Assembly (NCBI GenBank): GCA_033764015.1
Contig: JANRJK010000013.1
Location: 480,001 to 544,000 of the forward strand
Length of the DNA stretch: 64,000 nucleotides
Origin: Candidatus Sumerlaeia bacterium
GTDB taxonomy: Bacteria > Sumerlaeota > Sumerlaeia > SLMS01 > JANRJK01
Direction: 5' to 3'
Part shown: one piece after another, positions 40,400-50,100 of the stretch
How positions within the stretch are numbered: the first letter of the stretch is position 1
How the letters are laid out: the number at the start of each line of letters is the position of its first letter
The notes under the pieces: generated by a model
Told to the model about the DNA's origin: nothing
Seen by the model: the letters and a program-made list of their open reading frames with translations, nothing else
Databases searched by the model: none
Program-made: the position numbers and the translations under genes

Positions 40400-43300
40400 T
40401 TAGGAGATGGCGCCCGCGGGGCGGTGCCCGCGGGACGGCGCCGGGGCGGTGTCGCCAGCGACGCGGCTCGTGTACTCGTTCCAACTGCGGATCTGCATCT
40501 GGTCCGGCTTGATGTAGGTGAGCGCCTCCGCGAGGCGGCGCACGAGCTGGCGGTTCGTCAAGAGCGGCACGCCGAAGTCCACCGCCGCGCGCCGGATCAG
40601 GTAGTCGTTCGTCAACTCGTCGTCCTGGTAGTTCTTCGGGATGTTGATGACGAGATCAATCTTCTTCTCGCGGATGTAGTCGATGGTGTTCGGCTTCTTG
40701 GTCTCCATGGGCCAATGCAGCGCCGTGGCGGAGAAGCCGTTCTCGATCAGGAAGAGCGCGCTGCCCATGGTGGCGTAGAACTGGATGCCGAGGTCGGCGA
40801 ACGCCTTCATGGATTCAAGCAGCTCCGCCTTCGACGCGATGTCGCCGGAGGAGATCAGGATCGACTTGATCGGGAAGCGGTAGCCGACCGCGATGAGCGA
40901 TTTGAGGAACGCCTCATAGAAGTTGTCGCCGAAGCAGGCCACCTCGCCGGTGGACGTCATCTCGACGCCGAGCGCGGGGTCGGCGCCCTCGAGGCGCAGG
41001 AACGAGAAGTGGGGCGCCTTCACCGCGACGTAGGGGAGGTCGAAGAACGGCCGCGTGGCGGGGGCAACGCGCTCGCCCATGATCACCCGCGTCGCCGTGT
41101 CGATGAAGTTGCGGTTTGCGACCTTGGAGACGAACGGGAAGCTGCGCGAAGCGCGCAGGTTGCACTCGATCACCTTGATGAAGTTCTTCCGCGCGAGGAA
41201 CTGGATGTTGAACGGTCCGTTGATGCGGAGCGCGGCGGCGATCTTGCGCGCCGTCTCGAGCACCACGCGCATCGTCTCGAGGTAGATGCGCTGCGGCGGC
41301 AGCACCAGCGTGGCGTCGCCGGAGTGCACGCCCGCGTTCTCGACGTGCTCGCAGAAGGCGTACTCGACGATCTCGCCGTCCTGCGCCACGCCGTCGAACT
41401 CGATCTCCTTGGCGTTGTCGAAGAACTTCGAGATGACAACGGGATACTCGCGCGACACGGCGGCGGCGCGTCCGATGAAGCGCTCGAACTCCGCGTCGTT
41501 CGACGCGACCGCCATCGCCGAGCCGGAGAGCACGTAGGACGGGCGCACCAGCACGGGGTAGCCGATCTTGTTGGCGAAGAGCTTCGCCTCCGCGCCGTCG
41601 GCCAGCTGCGCCCATTCAGGCTGGTCCACGCCGAGCTCGTCGAGGAGCGCGGAGAAGCGGAGGCGGTTCTCCGCGCGGTCGATGCTCTCCGGCGCGGTGC
41701 CGAGGATTCGGAAGCCGGCGCGGTGCAGCTTGAGCGCCAGGTTGTTCGGCGTCTGCCCGCCCATGGAGACGATGGCGCCTTCGACCCGGAGCGTGCGGAA
41801 GATCTCCGCGATCGTCTCGAGGCTGAGTTCGTCGAAAACCAGCATGTCCGACTCGTCGTAGTCCGTCGAGACGGTCTCGGGATTGCAGTTGAGCATGACG
41901 GTGTTGAAGCCCGCCTTGCGGAGCGTCATGGCGGCGTTCACGGCGCACCAGTCGAACTCGACGCTGGAGCCGATGCGGTACGCGCCGGAGCCGAGGATCA
42001 GGATGGAGCGCTGCGGCGAGGCGGCGGCCTCGTCTTCGAGGCCATGGTAGCTGAAGTAGAGGTAGTTGGTGCGCGCGGGGTACTCGGCCGCGAGCGTGTC
42101 GATCTGCCGGAGCACCGGATGGATGCCGTGCGCCGTGCGGAGCGCGCGGATCGCGTCCTCGTCGCCGCTGCGCATGCGGGCGAGCTGCCGGTCCGCGAAG
42201 CCCATGCGCTTCGCCTCGCGGAGAAGCGGCGCGTCGAGCTCCTCGGCGGCGCGGAGCCGCTGGCCGAGGCGCACCACGCCGGCGATCTTGTGGAGGAACC
42301 AGCGGTCGATGTGCGTCAGCGCGTGGATCCGGTCCACGGTCCAGCCCTGGTCGAGCGCCTCGACCACGGAGAAGATGCGCTCCTCCGTCGGCTCCGCGAG
42401 GTCCGTCGCAAGGTCCTCGGAGCCGAAGCCGCTGTTGGCGTAGAGGCCCATGGCGCCGACCTCGATCATGCGGAGCGCCTTCTGCATCGCCTCCTCGAAG
42501 GTGCGGCCGATGGCCATCACTTCGCCGACGGACTTCATGCTGGAGCCGATGCGGCGCACGGCGTGCCGGAACTTGCGGAGGTCCCAGCGCGGCACCTTTA
42601 CAACGATATAGTCGAGCGCGGGCTCGAAGAACGCCGTGGTCACCTTCGTGATCGCGTTGGGGATCTCGTGCAGGCTGTAGCCCAGCGCGAGCTTCGCCGC
42701 GACGAACGCCAGCGGGTAGCCGGTCGCCTTGCTCGCCAGCGCGGAGCTGCGCGATAGGCGCGCGTTCACTTCGATCACGCGGTAACGCTCGGACTTCGGA
42801 TCGAGCGCGTACTGGATGTTGCACTCGCCGACGATGCCGAGGTCGCGCACCACGCGGATCGCGACCTCGCGCAGCATGTGGTACTCGCGGTTCGTGAGCG
42901 TCTGACTGGGCGCCACGACGATGCTCTCGCCGGTGTGGATGCCGAGCGGGTCGAGGTTCTCCATGTTGCAGACGGTGATGCAGTTGTCCGCCGCGTCGCG
43001 GACCACCTCGTACTCGATCTCCTTCCAGCCTTCGAGGTACTCCTCGACGAGGAGCTGGGGGGAGAGGGCTAGGGCCTTGTGCGCGCGCTCCGTGAGCTGC
43101 GCCTTGTCGCGGCAGACGCCGGAGCCCAGGCCGCCGAGCGCGAAGGCAGCGCGCGCCATCACCGGGTAGCCCAGCTCCTCCGCGGTCGCGAGCGCCTCCT
43201 CCAGCGTGGTGCAGGCTCGGCTGCGCGGCGAGGGCACGCCGAGCTTGTCGAGGCGCCGCACGAACAGCTCGCGGTCCTCCGTGTCGCGGATCGCCTCGAC

Positions 43301-43651
43301 GGGCGTGCCGAGCACGCGGACGTTGTGCTTCGCGAGGACGCCGCGCTTCTCGAGCGCGAGGCCGCAGTTGAGCGCCGTCTGTCCGCCGAAGCTGAGCAGC
43401 AGTCCGTCCGGCTTCTCGCGTTCGATCACGCGCTCGACGAAGTCCGGGTTCACCGGGAGGAAATACACCCGGTCCGCCAGGTGGTCGGAGGTCTGGATCG
43501 TGGCGATGTTCGGGTTGATGAGGATCGTTTCGATCCCCTCCTGCTTGAGGGCCTTGATGGCCTGCGCGCCGGAGTAGTCGAACTCGCCGGCCTCGCCGAT
43601 CTTGAGCGCGCCGCTCCCGAGGATGACGACCTTCTTGGGATGCTCGATCAT
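40400..43651 (-). CDS. carB: Carbamoyl-phosphate synthase large subunit
   Basis: GSGALKIGEAGEFDYSG, NPNIATIQT, HTGES, RLSRSSALASKATGYPLA, RPSYVLSG, GVHSGDA, MGS domain. Confidence 0.97.
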   Translation of the reverse strand: MIEHPKKVVILGSGALKIGEAGEFDYSGAQAIKALKQEGIETILINPNIATIQTSDHLADRVYFLPVNPDFVERVIEREKPDGLLLSFGGQTALNCGLALEKRGVLAKHNVRVLGTPVEAIRDTEDRELFVRRLDKLGVPSPRSRACTTLEEALATAEELGYPVMARAAFALGGLGSGVCRDKAQLTERAHKALALSPQLLVEEYLEGWKEIEYEVVRDAADNCITVCNMENLDPLGIHTGESIVVAPSQTLTNREYHMLREVAIRVVRDLGIVGECNIQYALDPKSERYRVIEVNARLSRSSALASKATGYPLAFVAAKLALGYSLHEIPNAITKVTTAFFEPALDYIVVKVPRWDLRKFRHAVRRIGSSMKSVGEVMAIGRTFEEAMQKALRMIEVGAMGLYANSGFGSEDLATDLAEPTEERIFSVVEALDQGWTVDRIHALTHIDRWFLHKIAGVVRLGQRLRAAEELDAPLLREAKRMGFADRQLARMRSGDEDAIRALRTAHGIHPVLRQIDTLAAEYPARTNYLYFSYHGLEDEAAASPQRSILILGSGAYRIGSSVEFDWCAVNAAMTLRKAGFNTVMLNCNPETVSTDYDESDMLVFDELSLETIAEIFRTLRVEGAIVSMGGQTPNNLALKLHRAGFRILGTAPESIDRAENRLRFSALLDELGVDQPEWAQLADGAEAKLFANKIGYPVLVRPSYVLSGSAMAVASNDAEFERFIGRAAAVSREYPVVISKFFDNAKEIEFDGVAQDGEIVEYAFCEHVENAGVHSGDATLVLPPQRIYLETMRVVLETARKIAAALRINGPFNIQFLARKNFIKVIECNLRASRSFPFVSKVANRNFIDTATRVIMGERVAPATRPFFDLPYVAVKAPHFSFLRLEGADPALGVEMTSTGEVACFGDNFYEAFLKSLIAVGYRFPIKSILISSGDIASKAELLESMKAFADLGIQFYATMGSALFLIENGFSATALHWPMETKKPNTIDYIREKKIDLVINIPKNYQDDELTNDYLIRRAAVDFGVPLLTNRQLVRRLAEALTYIKPDQMQIRSWNEYTSRVAGDTAPAPSRGHRPAGAIS

Positions 43652-44745
43652 GCCTGGACCTTTGCGAGGAACTCGTCGAACAGCGTGGCGGTGTCCACCG
43701 GGCCGGGGGCGGCCTCGGGGTGGAACTGCACGGAGAACTTGGTGCCGGAGGCGTGCCGCATGCCTTCGTTGGTGCCATCGTTCAGGTTGGTGAAGAGCGG
43801 CTCCCAATCCTGCGGCAGCGTCTTCTCGTCCACGGCGAAGCTGTGGTTCTGCGAGGTGATGAAGCAGCGACCGTCGGTGGTGCGGCGCACGGGCTGGTTC
43901 TGGCCGCGGTGGCCGAACTTGAGCTTGTAGGTCTTCGCGCCGAGCGCGAGCGCCATGAGCTGGTGCCCGAGGCAGATGCCCATCACCGGAGTGTCGCCTC
44001 GGAGCACCTCGCGCAGGCGCTCGATGGTGGGCCGCGCCATGGTGGGGTCGCCGGGACCGTTCGACATCACGAAGCCGTCGGGCTTCTCCTGGGTGAAGTC
44101 GTAGTCCCAGGGCACGCGCTTCACGCGGAGGCCGCGCTCCGCGAGGTTGCGGACGATGTTCTCTTTGCAGCCGCAGTCGACGACGACGATGCGCCAGGTG
44201 CCCGAGCCGAACTCCTCCGGCGCGCCGGCGGAGACCTGCGCCACGAGGTTGTCCGCGTCCGGGTCGTAGTAGGGCACGTCGGCGCCGGCGACGATGATCT
44301 TGCCGAGCATCGTGCCGTGCTGGCGGATCACGCGCGTCAGCGCCCGCGTGTCCACGCCGGTGATCGCGGGGACGCCCTCGGAGGCGAGCCACTCGCCGAG
44401 GCTGCGCCCCGCGCTCCAGTGGCTGAAGTCCTCGGCGTAGTCCGCAACCACGAGTCCGCTGGCCTGGATGCGGTCGGACTCCATGCCGACGGATCGCAGC
44501 GCGCCCTCGGAGCCGCCCTGCATGCCGTAGTTGCCTTGCAGCGGATACGTCAGCGCGAGGATCTGCCCCCGGTAGGAGGGATCCGTCAACGCCTCCGGGT
44601 AGCCGACCATGCCGGTGTTGAAGACGATCTCGCCGGCGCGGGAGGCCGGGGCTCCGAAGCTTTCGCCGGAAAAACGCATGCCGTTGGCGAGGACAAGTTC
44701 GGCGGGTGGGCGCGGGGCGCGCTTCGGCGCGGGGGTATTGCTCAT
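43648..44745 (-). CDS. carA: Carbamoyl-phosphate synthase small subunit
   Basis: GEIVFNTGMVGY, TDPSY, SNGPGDP, ICLGHQL, QNHSF, QFHPEA. Confidence 0.96.
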   Translation of the reverse strand: MSNTPAPKRAPRPPAELVLANGMRFSGESFGAPASRAGEIVFNTGMVGYPEALTDPSYRGQILALTYPLQGNYGMQGGSEGALRSVGMESDRIQASGLVVADYAEDFSHWSAGRSLGEWLASEGVPAITGVDTRALTRVIRQHGTMLGKIIVAGADVPYYDPDADNLVAQVSAGAPEEFGSGTWRIVVVDCGCKENIVRNLAERGLRVKRVPWDYDFTQEKPDGFVMSNGPGDPTMARPTIERLREVLRGDTPVMGICLGHQLMALALGAKTYKLKFGHRGQNQPVRRTTDGRCFITSQNHSFAVDEKTLPQDWEPLFTNLNDGTNEGMRHASGTKFSVQFHPEAAPGPVDTATLFDEFLAKVQA

Positions 44746-44936
44746 GGACTCGGACTCCTGGGGGACGCCGGGGGCGCACCGCCCCCGACCGGCGGAGATA
44801 CGCGGGCCGGGAACGCCGCGGGGGCAATGGAAGTTGATGGAGCGCGCGCGGCGCAAAGGGCCGATTCCGCTTGCGGCGAGGAGCGCGTTGGCGCTTTGCT
44901 CCTCGGCTCGCGGCGATGCAGATCACACGCCGCGGC

Positions 44937-45012
<76 letters not shown>

Positions 45013-45027
45013 TCGGTTTCCATCCCT

Positions 45028-45114
45028 GGCCGGATGGCAGAGCGGTCAAATGCAGCGGACTGTAAATCCGCCGCCGTAAAGGCTACGAAGGTTCGAATCC
45101 CTCTCCGGCCACCA
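45028..45114 (+). tRNA. tRNA-Tyr(GTA)
   Basis: GCGGA-CTGTAAA-TCCGC anticodon arm, long variable arm, encoded CCA. Confidence 0.96.
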
Positions 45115-45120
45115 CCCTTC

Positions 45121-45156
45121 CCGCGCCGCCCCGACCGGGGCGGCGCGGCCTTTTTT
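45121..45156 (+). terminator. Rho-independent terminator after tRNA pair
   Basis: CCGCGCCGCCCC-gacc-GGGGCGGCGCGG followed by CCTTTTTT. Confidence 0.85.
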
Positions 45157-46241
45157 CAGCCGTCGAGCCGCGGCTTCATGAACTCCCAGGCGGCGTTGAT
45201 GCGCCGCGCCTTCTCCTCCGCCATCTGGCGGAAGTCGGGGTCGTCCACGAAGCGATCCGGATGGTAGCGCTTCATCAGGTCGCGGTATGCGCGGCGCACC
45301 TCGTCCGGGTCCGACTTCGGCGGTAGCCCCAAGATAACCATCGCCTGCGTGACGCTGAGGACAACGAACGCCTCCGGTTGCGGCGGCGGTGGTGGCGGCG
45401 GGGGAGCGGCGGTCGGCGGCACCGGCCGCGAAGGCCGTGGCTCGTCCCGCGGGGGCGCGGCGGGCGGCGGCGCCGCGGCGGAGGGCCGCGCCCCGCCGGC
45501 GAGGGACCAGCCCCCCTGCCCGTCCGCGCGCACCGCCCGCTTCAGCTCGCCTTGGAACAGGCGCGAGACCGCCATCGCGTCCGTCTTGTGCCGCATGCGG
45601 GCGAGGCGCTCCACGATATCGGCGGTGCGCATCGGCCCTTGAGCGCCGTTGAGCACCGACCACACGGCGAGCCCGAGGGGAGACAGCCCCGGCGGCGGGC
45701 CGGCCACCTCGATGGCGATGGGCTTGCCGACGCCGAGTTCGTCGAGCGGCCGCAGGGATCCCTCGACGCCGCGGATCAACCGGCCGACGGCCGCGCGCAA
45801 CTGGCTCACCAGCGTCCGCCAGCCGCCGTCGATTTCGACCAGCGAGGGAATGTCGTCCGTCTGCCAGCCCACTTGGGCGGCCTTGGACAGCACGACCGCC
45901 TTCTCGCCCTGCTCCTTCGGATATCCCTTTCGGATGCGCTCCGCGATCGAGACCGTCATGCAGAGCGCGGCGTCGTAGTTCGCGAGCAGCTCCGGCGTGA
46001 GCGGGCGGCTGCGATGGTACGCGAGGTTCAAGTGGTCGAGCTGCGCGAGGTGCACGACTTCCTCGGGCGGCGGCTGGGCGACAGGCGCGCGCAGGCCCGC
46101 GGAGTCGAAGTTCATGCCGACCACGTGCTGCTGCGCGACGATGCCCTGCGCGATTTCGCGCGCTAGGGGCCCGCGGCACAGGTCGTCCTGGCTGACGAAC
46201 AGCAGTCGGAGATGTGAGAGGTGGGTGTTGCGCGGTCGCAC
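45156..46241 (-). CDS. Degenerate LMW phosphatase/ArsC-fold domain, putative winged helix, Pro-rich linker, C-terminal DnaJ domain
   Basis: LLFVSQDDLCRGP, DSAGL, HRSRPLTPELL (LMW-PTP-like); EVRRAYRDLMKRYHPDRF...RINAAW (J-domain). Start uncertain (GTG 46241 or TTG 46328). Confidence 0.75.
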   Translation of the reverse strand: MRPRNTHLSHLRLLFVSQDDLCRGPLAREIAQGIVAQQHVVGMNFDSAGLRAPVAQPPPEEVVHLAQLDHLNLAYHRSRPLTPELLANYDAALCMTVSIAERIRKGYPKEQGEKAVVLSKAAQVGWQTDDIPSLVEIDGGWRTLVSQLRAAVGRLIRGVEGSLRPLDELGVGKPIAIEVAGPPPGLSPLGLAVWSVLNGAQGPMRTADIVERLARMRHKTDAMAVSRLFQGELKRAVRADGQGGWSLAGGARPSAAAPPPAAPPRDEPRPSRPVPPTAAPPPPPPPPQPEAFVVLSVTQAMVILGLPPKSDPDEVRRAYRDLMKRYHPDRFVDDPDFRQMAEEKARRINAAWEFMKPRLDG

Positions 46242-46430
46242 TCGGTCGGGGCCGCCTGTGTCGCCGGTTGCGTGTCGGGCCGGCTGCGGAGCGTCGACGA
46301 TTGCGGACGCAGCGGGGGGGAAAGGCAACCGCTACGTCCGCGCGGTCGGATCGCCGGGCCATTGTGCTTGCGTGCGCGGGGTGGTTGGGGGCACGATCTG
46401 GAATCCCGCTTCGGCGGGGTCGAACACCGT

Positions 46431-46795
46431 GGGGGCGACAGGCTTCGACGGGGTGAGACGAGAGAGAGGCTGCAGGCCGGGCAAGGCAGCGCGCATCCCG
46501 TTAAACTGCTCGCGGCAACTAGTACCTGCCAACAACGACTTGGCTCTCGCTGCCTAACTGGTAGCGACGCTCTAGGAGGATTGGGCCCGTGGCCCTCCAT
46601 AGAGTGTCATCCTTACGGGCTTGGCCGAGGAGGCCCCGGCGGGGGCGTCCGACGCGACACCAATCCCGCCTGGCGGTTCCGGCAGGACCTGTGGGATTCC
46701 AACCGGCCCGCGAGACCCCTAACTTCCCGCTAAGCCTGTAGACGCAGCTCTCAGATCCATTCCGGACGCGGGTTCAATTCCCGCCGCCTCCACCA
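46431..46795 (+). ncRNA. ssrA: tmRNA; tag peptide (A)ANNDLALAA at 46528-46557
   Basis: 5' GGGGGCGACAGGCTTCGAC; 3' GGTTCAATTCCCGCCGCCTCCACCA with G3:U70 pair; internal tag ORF ending LALAA-stop. Confidence 0.96.
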
Positions 46796-47130
46796 CTCCA
46801 ACCAAACACCAGGGGCCCCGCACCCGCCTCACCACTCAGAAACAAGGGGCTCCCCCGCCCGCCCCTACAGAGTATCCCGGAATTCGACGTCAAGACCCCG
46901 CACGGATGACGCAGGGCCCTCCACCGGCCCTTCCGCGGTTCTCCCGCGGACCTCCGCGCGCCCCCCCCCTTCAACTCCAAAATCTCGGGGAGTTCCCCCC
47001 CCGCTCCACGCTGCAGCCGCGGGCCCAGAGGCTCCGACTCGATTGCCCACCCCGCAAACAATTCCATTGCGGGGAGTTCTCGTCGTGATGATCGTTCGCC
47101 CCCATCGAAATCCCCCATGGAGTGTCGATC

Positions 47131-50100
47131 ATGCGCCCTACCAAATGTGCCGTCGCGCTCGTTGCTTCGCTGTCCTTCGCGGTAGAGGGAATGGCTGGTA
47201 CGATTTCCGTCAATTCGACGGCGGACACCGTGGCGAACGACGCCTTCGTGACGTTCCGGGAAGCGCTCCTGATAGCGCGCGGCGACCGCGTACCGTACGA
47301 TAACCCGATCATTGGGCAGCCGGACGAGCTTTCACAGATTTCGGGCTCCGTGGGCGCAGGCTTCGCCGACGTGATCAACGTTTCCTCCACTTTCAGTCCC
47401 ATCGCGATCACCTCCCTGCTCCCGACGCTGAGCAACTCTACCGACGAGATTTTCGCTGCCTCCGCCACCATCATCGACGCCTCCGCGGTCTCCACGACGA
47501 TCGGAACGCCGCTCTTCGACCTCTCGACGTCGGGCCACCGAATCCGGGGGCTGACGATATCCGGCTACCAAGGGACCGCGATCCGAATCTCCGCGAGCGG
47601 CACAACGCTTGACGGCACCATCATCTCCGGCTGCCGCTCGGGCCCCGGTCTCCACCTCATCGCCGGGGCCACCGGTGCCACGATCCAAAACGTCGTGGTT
47701 TCGGGCACGGAAGGCGACGGCATCCTATTGGAGGGCGCTTCGGGCAACACGCTCAACCAAGTCTACTCCTTCTCGAACGAGGGCTCGGGTTTCGTGCTGA
47801 AAGGCACCGGCACGACGAACAACTCGATCTACAACTTCTCCTCGGGCGTCGGCACCCCGGCGCAGGGCTTTCCGAACGCCGGCAACACAGGCTGGGGCGT
47901 GGTGGTGCGCGACGGCGCGAACGGCAACCACTTCCAGAATCCCAGCGGCGCCGAGTCGACCAGCTTGATCGCCGGCAATTCGCTCGGCGGCATGTGGATC
48001 ACCGGCTCTGGAACCAACAACAACGACATGTCCACCATCGCCTTCGGCTACTCCGTGGCGAATCCCGCTTGGATCGGGAACGGGGTGAATTCCGGGCTGG
48101 TCGTGGATGGCGGTGCGCAGGGCAACCAGCTCGGCGCCGAGGGCTTCACGACGGGGATGACGTTCGGCGGCCACTCCGCATCCGCAATCCGCATCTCCGG
48201 CCCGCAAACGACCGGCAACGACCTTCGCCACATCTACGTAGGGCGCGGCGAGAACCCAGGCATCAGGCTGCCAAACTTCAGCCACGGCATCGAGATCACC
48301 GACGGCGCAGGGGCGATGCTGATCGGCGGCGACGTCGAGCTGAGCCAGATCGAAATCGATTTCAACCCGGGCGGCAGCGGGATCTTCCTGAACGGCACGA
48401 ACGCCGCCGACCCGATCGACGACATCACCATCGGCGTCTTCCACATCGGCGAGGAAGGCGAGGGCCCGGGTGGCCTTCCTACCATCGGCGGCGACGGCAT
48501 CCGCATCGAGGGGAACGTGGACGGCGTTGTGGTTGGCGGCGGAGCCAGCTTCAACCACCCGAACCACCTTTGCGGGGCTGCGGGGTACGGCCTCCGAATC
48601 TCGGGGGGGCAAGTCAACGACGTTGAACTGGTCCAGATCCACGCCGGCACGGCGAACACCCCTGTGCCAAACTTCATGGGGGGAGTCTACATCGGCAACG
48701 GCGCTCGAAATGTGCGCTTCAACCAGAACGTCTTCTCCTACATCGGCGGAAATCTGGGTCCCGGCATCTTCGTGGACGCCTCCCTCACGCCGCCGAGGGA
48801 TATTGGCATCACGCGCTGCTACATCGGCCGTGGCCAGTTCAGCTCAACGGGCTTCAGCAACTCAGGCGCTGGCGTCTTCGTGAAGGGCGGCGACACGTCC
48901 ACCACCGCTCTTACCGGAGTATCAATAGGCGGAACACAGGCCTTCGAGTTCAACAACATCATTGGCAACACCGGCCCCGGCATCCAACTTCAGCGGGTGT
49001 CTGGCGCGAAGGTCGTCAATAACAGCGTTGGCTACCTCGAAGGCACCACCACCGCGGCCCCGAACGGCGTCGCGGGCATCGAAATCGAGGCCTGCGATAA
49101 TCTCCAGATCGGGGGACCAACCAATCCCGAGCGCAACTTTATCGCAGGCAATTCGCAGGCTGGAATCAGGATCCGCAACTCGCACACGCTTTCGATCCAC
49201 AACAACCAGATCGGTATCCTTGGCGACTCGATCATTGCCAATCAGGGCCCCGGCATCCAGATCGCTTCTCCCGGTCCTCCCTCCGGCATGTTTCTCACTA
49301 TCGGAGGAACCGGCTCGAACGAGGGTAACACGATTTCCGGGAACCTGGACGCAGGCATCGAGGTGGACACGCAGGGCGCCGCTGCCCCTGTGGAGCGCAT
49401 CCGCATCGAAGGCAACCGCATCGGCACCGACTCCACCGGCGTGCTGGCGCGCGCAAACAAGTACGGCATCTTCCTGCGCGGCGACTTGCTCGACGACGTT
49501 CTCGTCGGCCATGCGACGAGTACCGCAGGCAGCAACACGATCTCCGGAAACACGGAAGCGGGCATCCACATCGAAGGCGCCGACGGCTGGCGCGTGGTCG
49601 GCAACAAGATCGGCACCGACATCAATGGACTCTCAGCGGTCCCGAACGGGTACGGCGTCGACCTGCAGTTCACCCAGCGCGGTGAATTGGGACCGCCCAA
49701 CGCCGCTCAGCGCCGGAACACGATCTCGGGCAACAGCATCGCGGGCATTCGCATCGGCGACGGCGTTTACGGGGCGGTAAAGATCTGGCGCAACGACATC
49801 GGCATCTCAACCGAGTTGGCCGTTGGAAATCTTGACGGCATCCTCGTTCACCGCCGGAACGCGGTCGAGGGCCCCCTCACCATTGGCGGCGCAACGTCGA
49901 CCCTCTTCGACTCGACCATTTCCATCGAAGAGGGGAACGTGATCTCCGGAAACACGCGCGACGGCATTCGAGTCTTCCCGGAAAGCGACGGCCTCGGCAT
50001 CGACAAGTTGAGCATCTGGGGCAACTTCATCGGAACCGACACGCCAGGCGTGAACCCGATTCCCAACATCGGCGCGGGAATCCGCATTGCCGGCTCGGCG

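Noticed and set aside
43652..44926. Apparent 1,508-aa CarB or CarA-CarB fusion in the ORF track
   Set aside because: The upstream extension is an off-frame read through carA. carA has its own frame and stop overlapping the carB ATG (ATGA).
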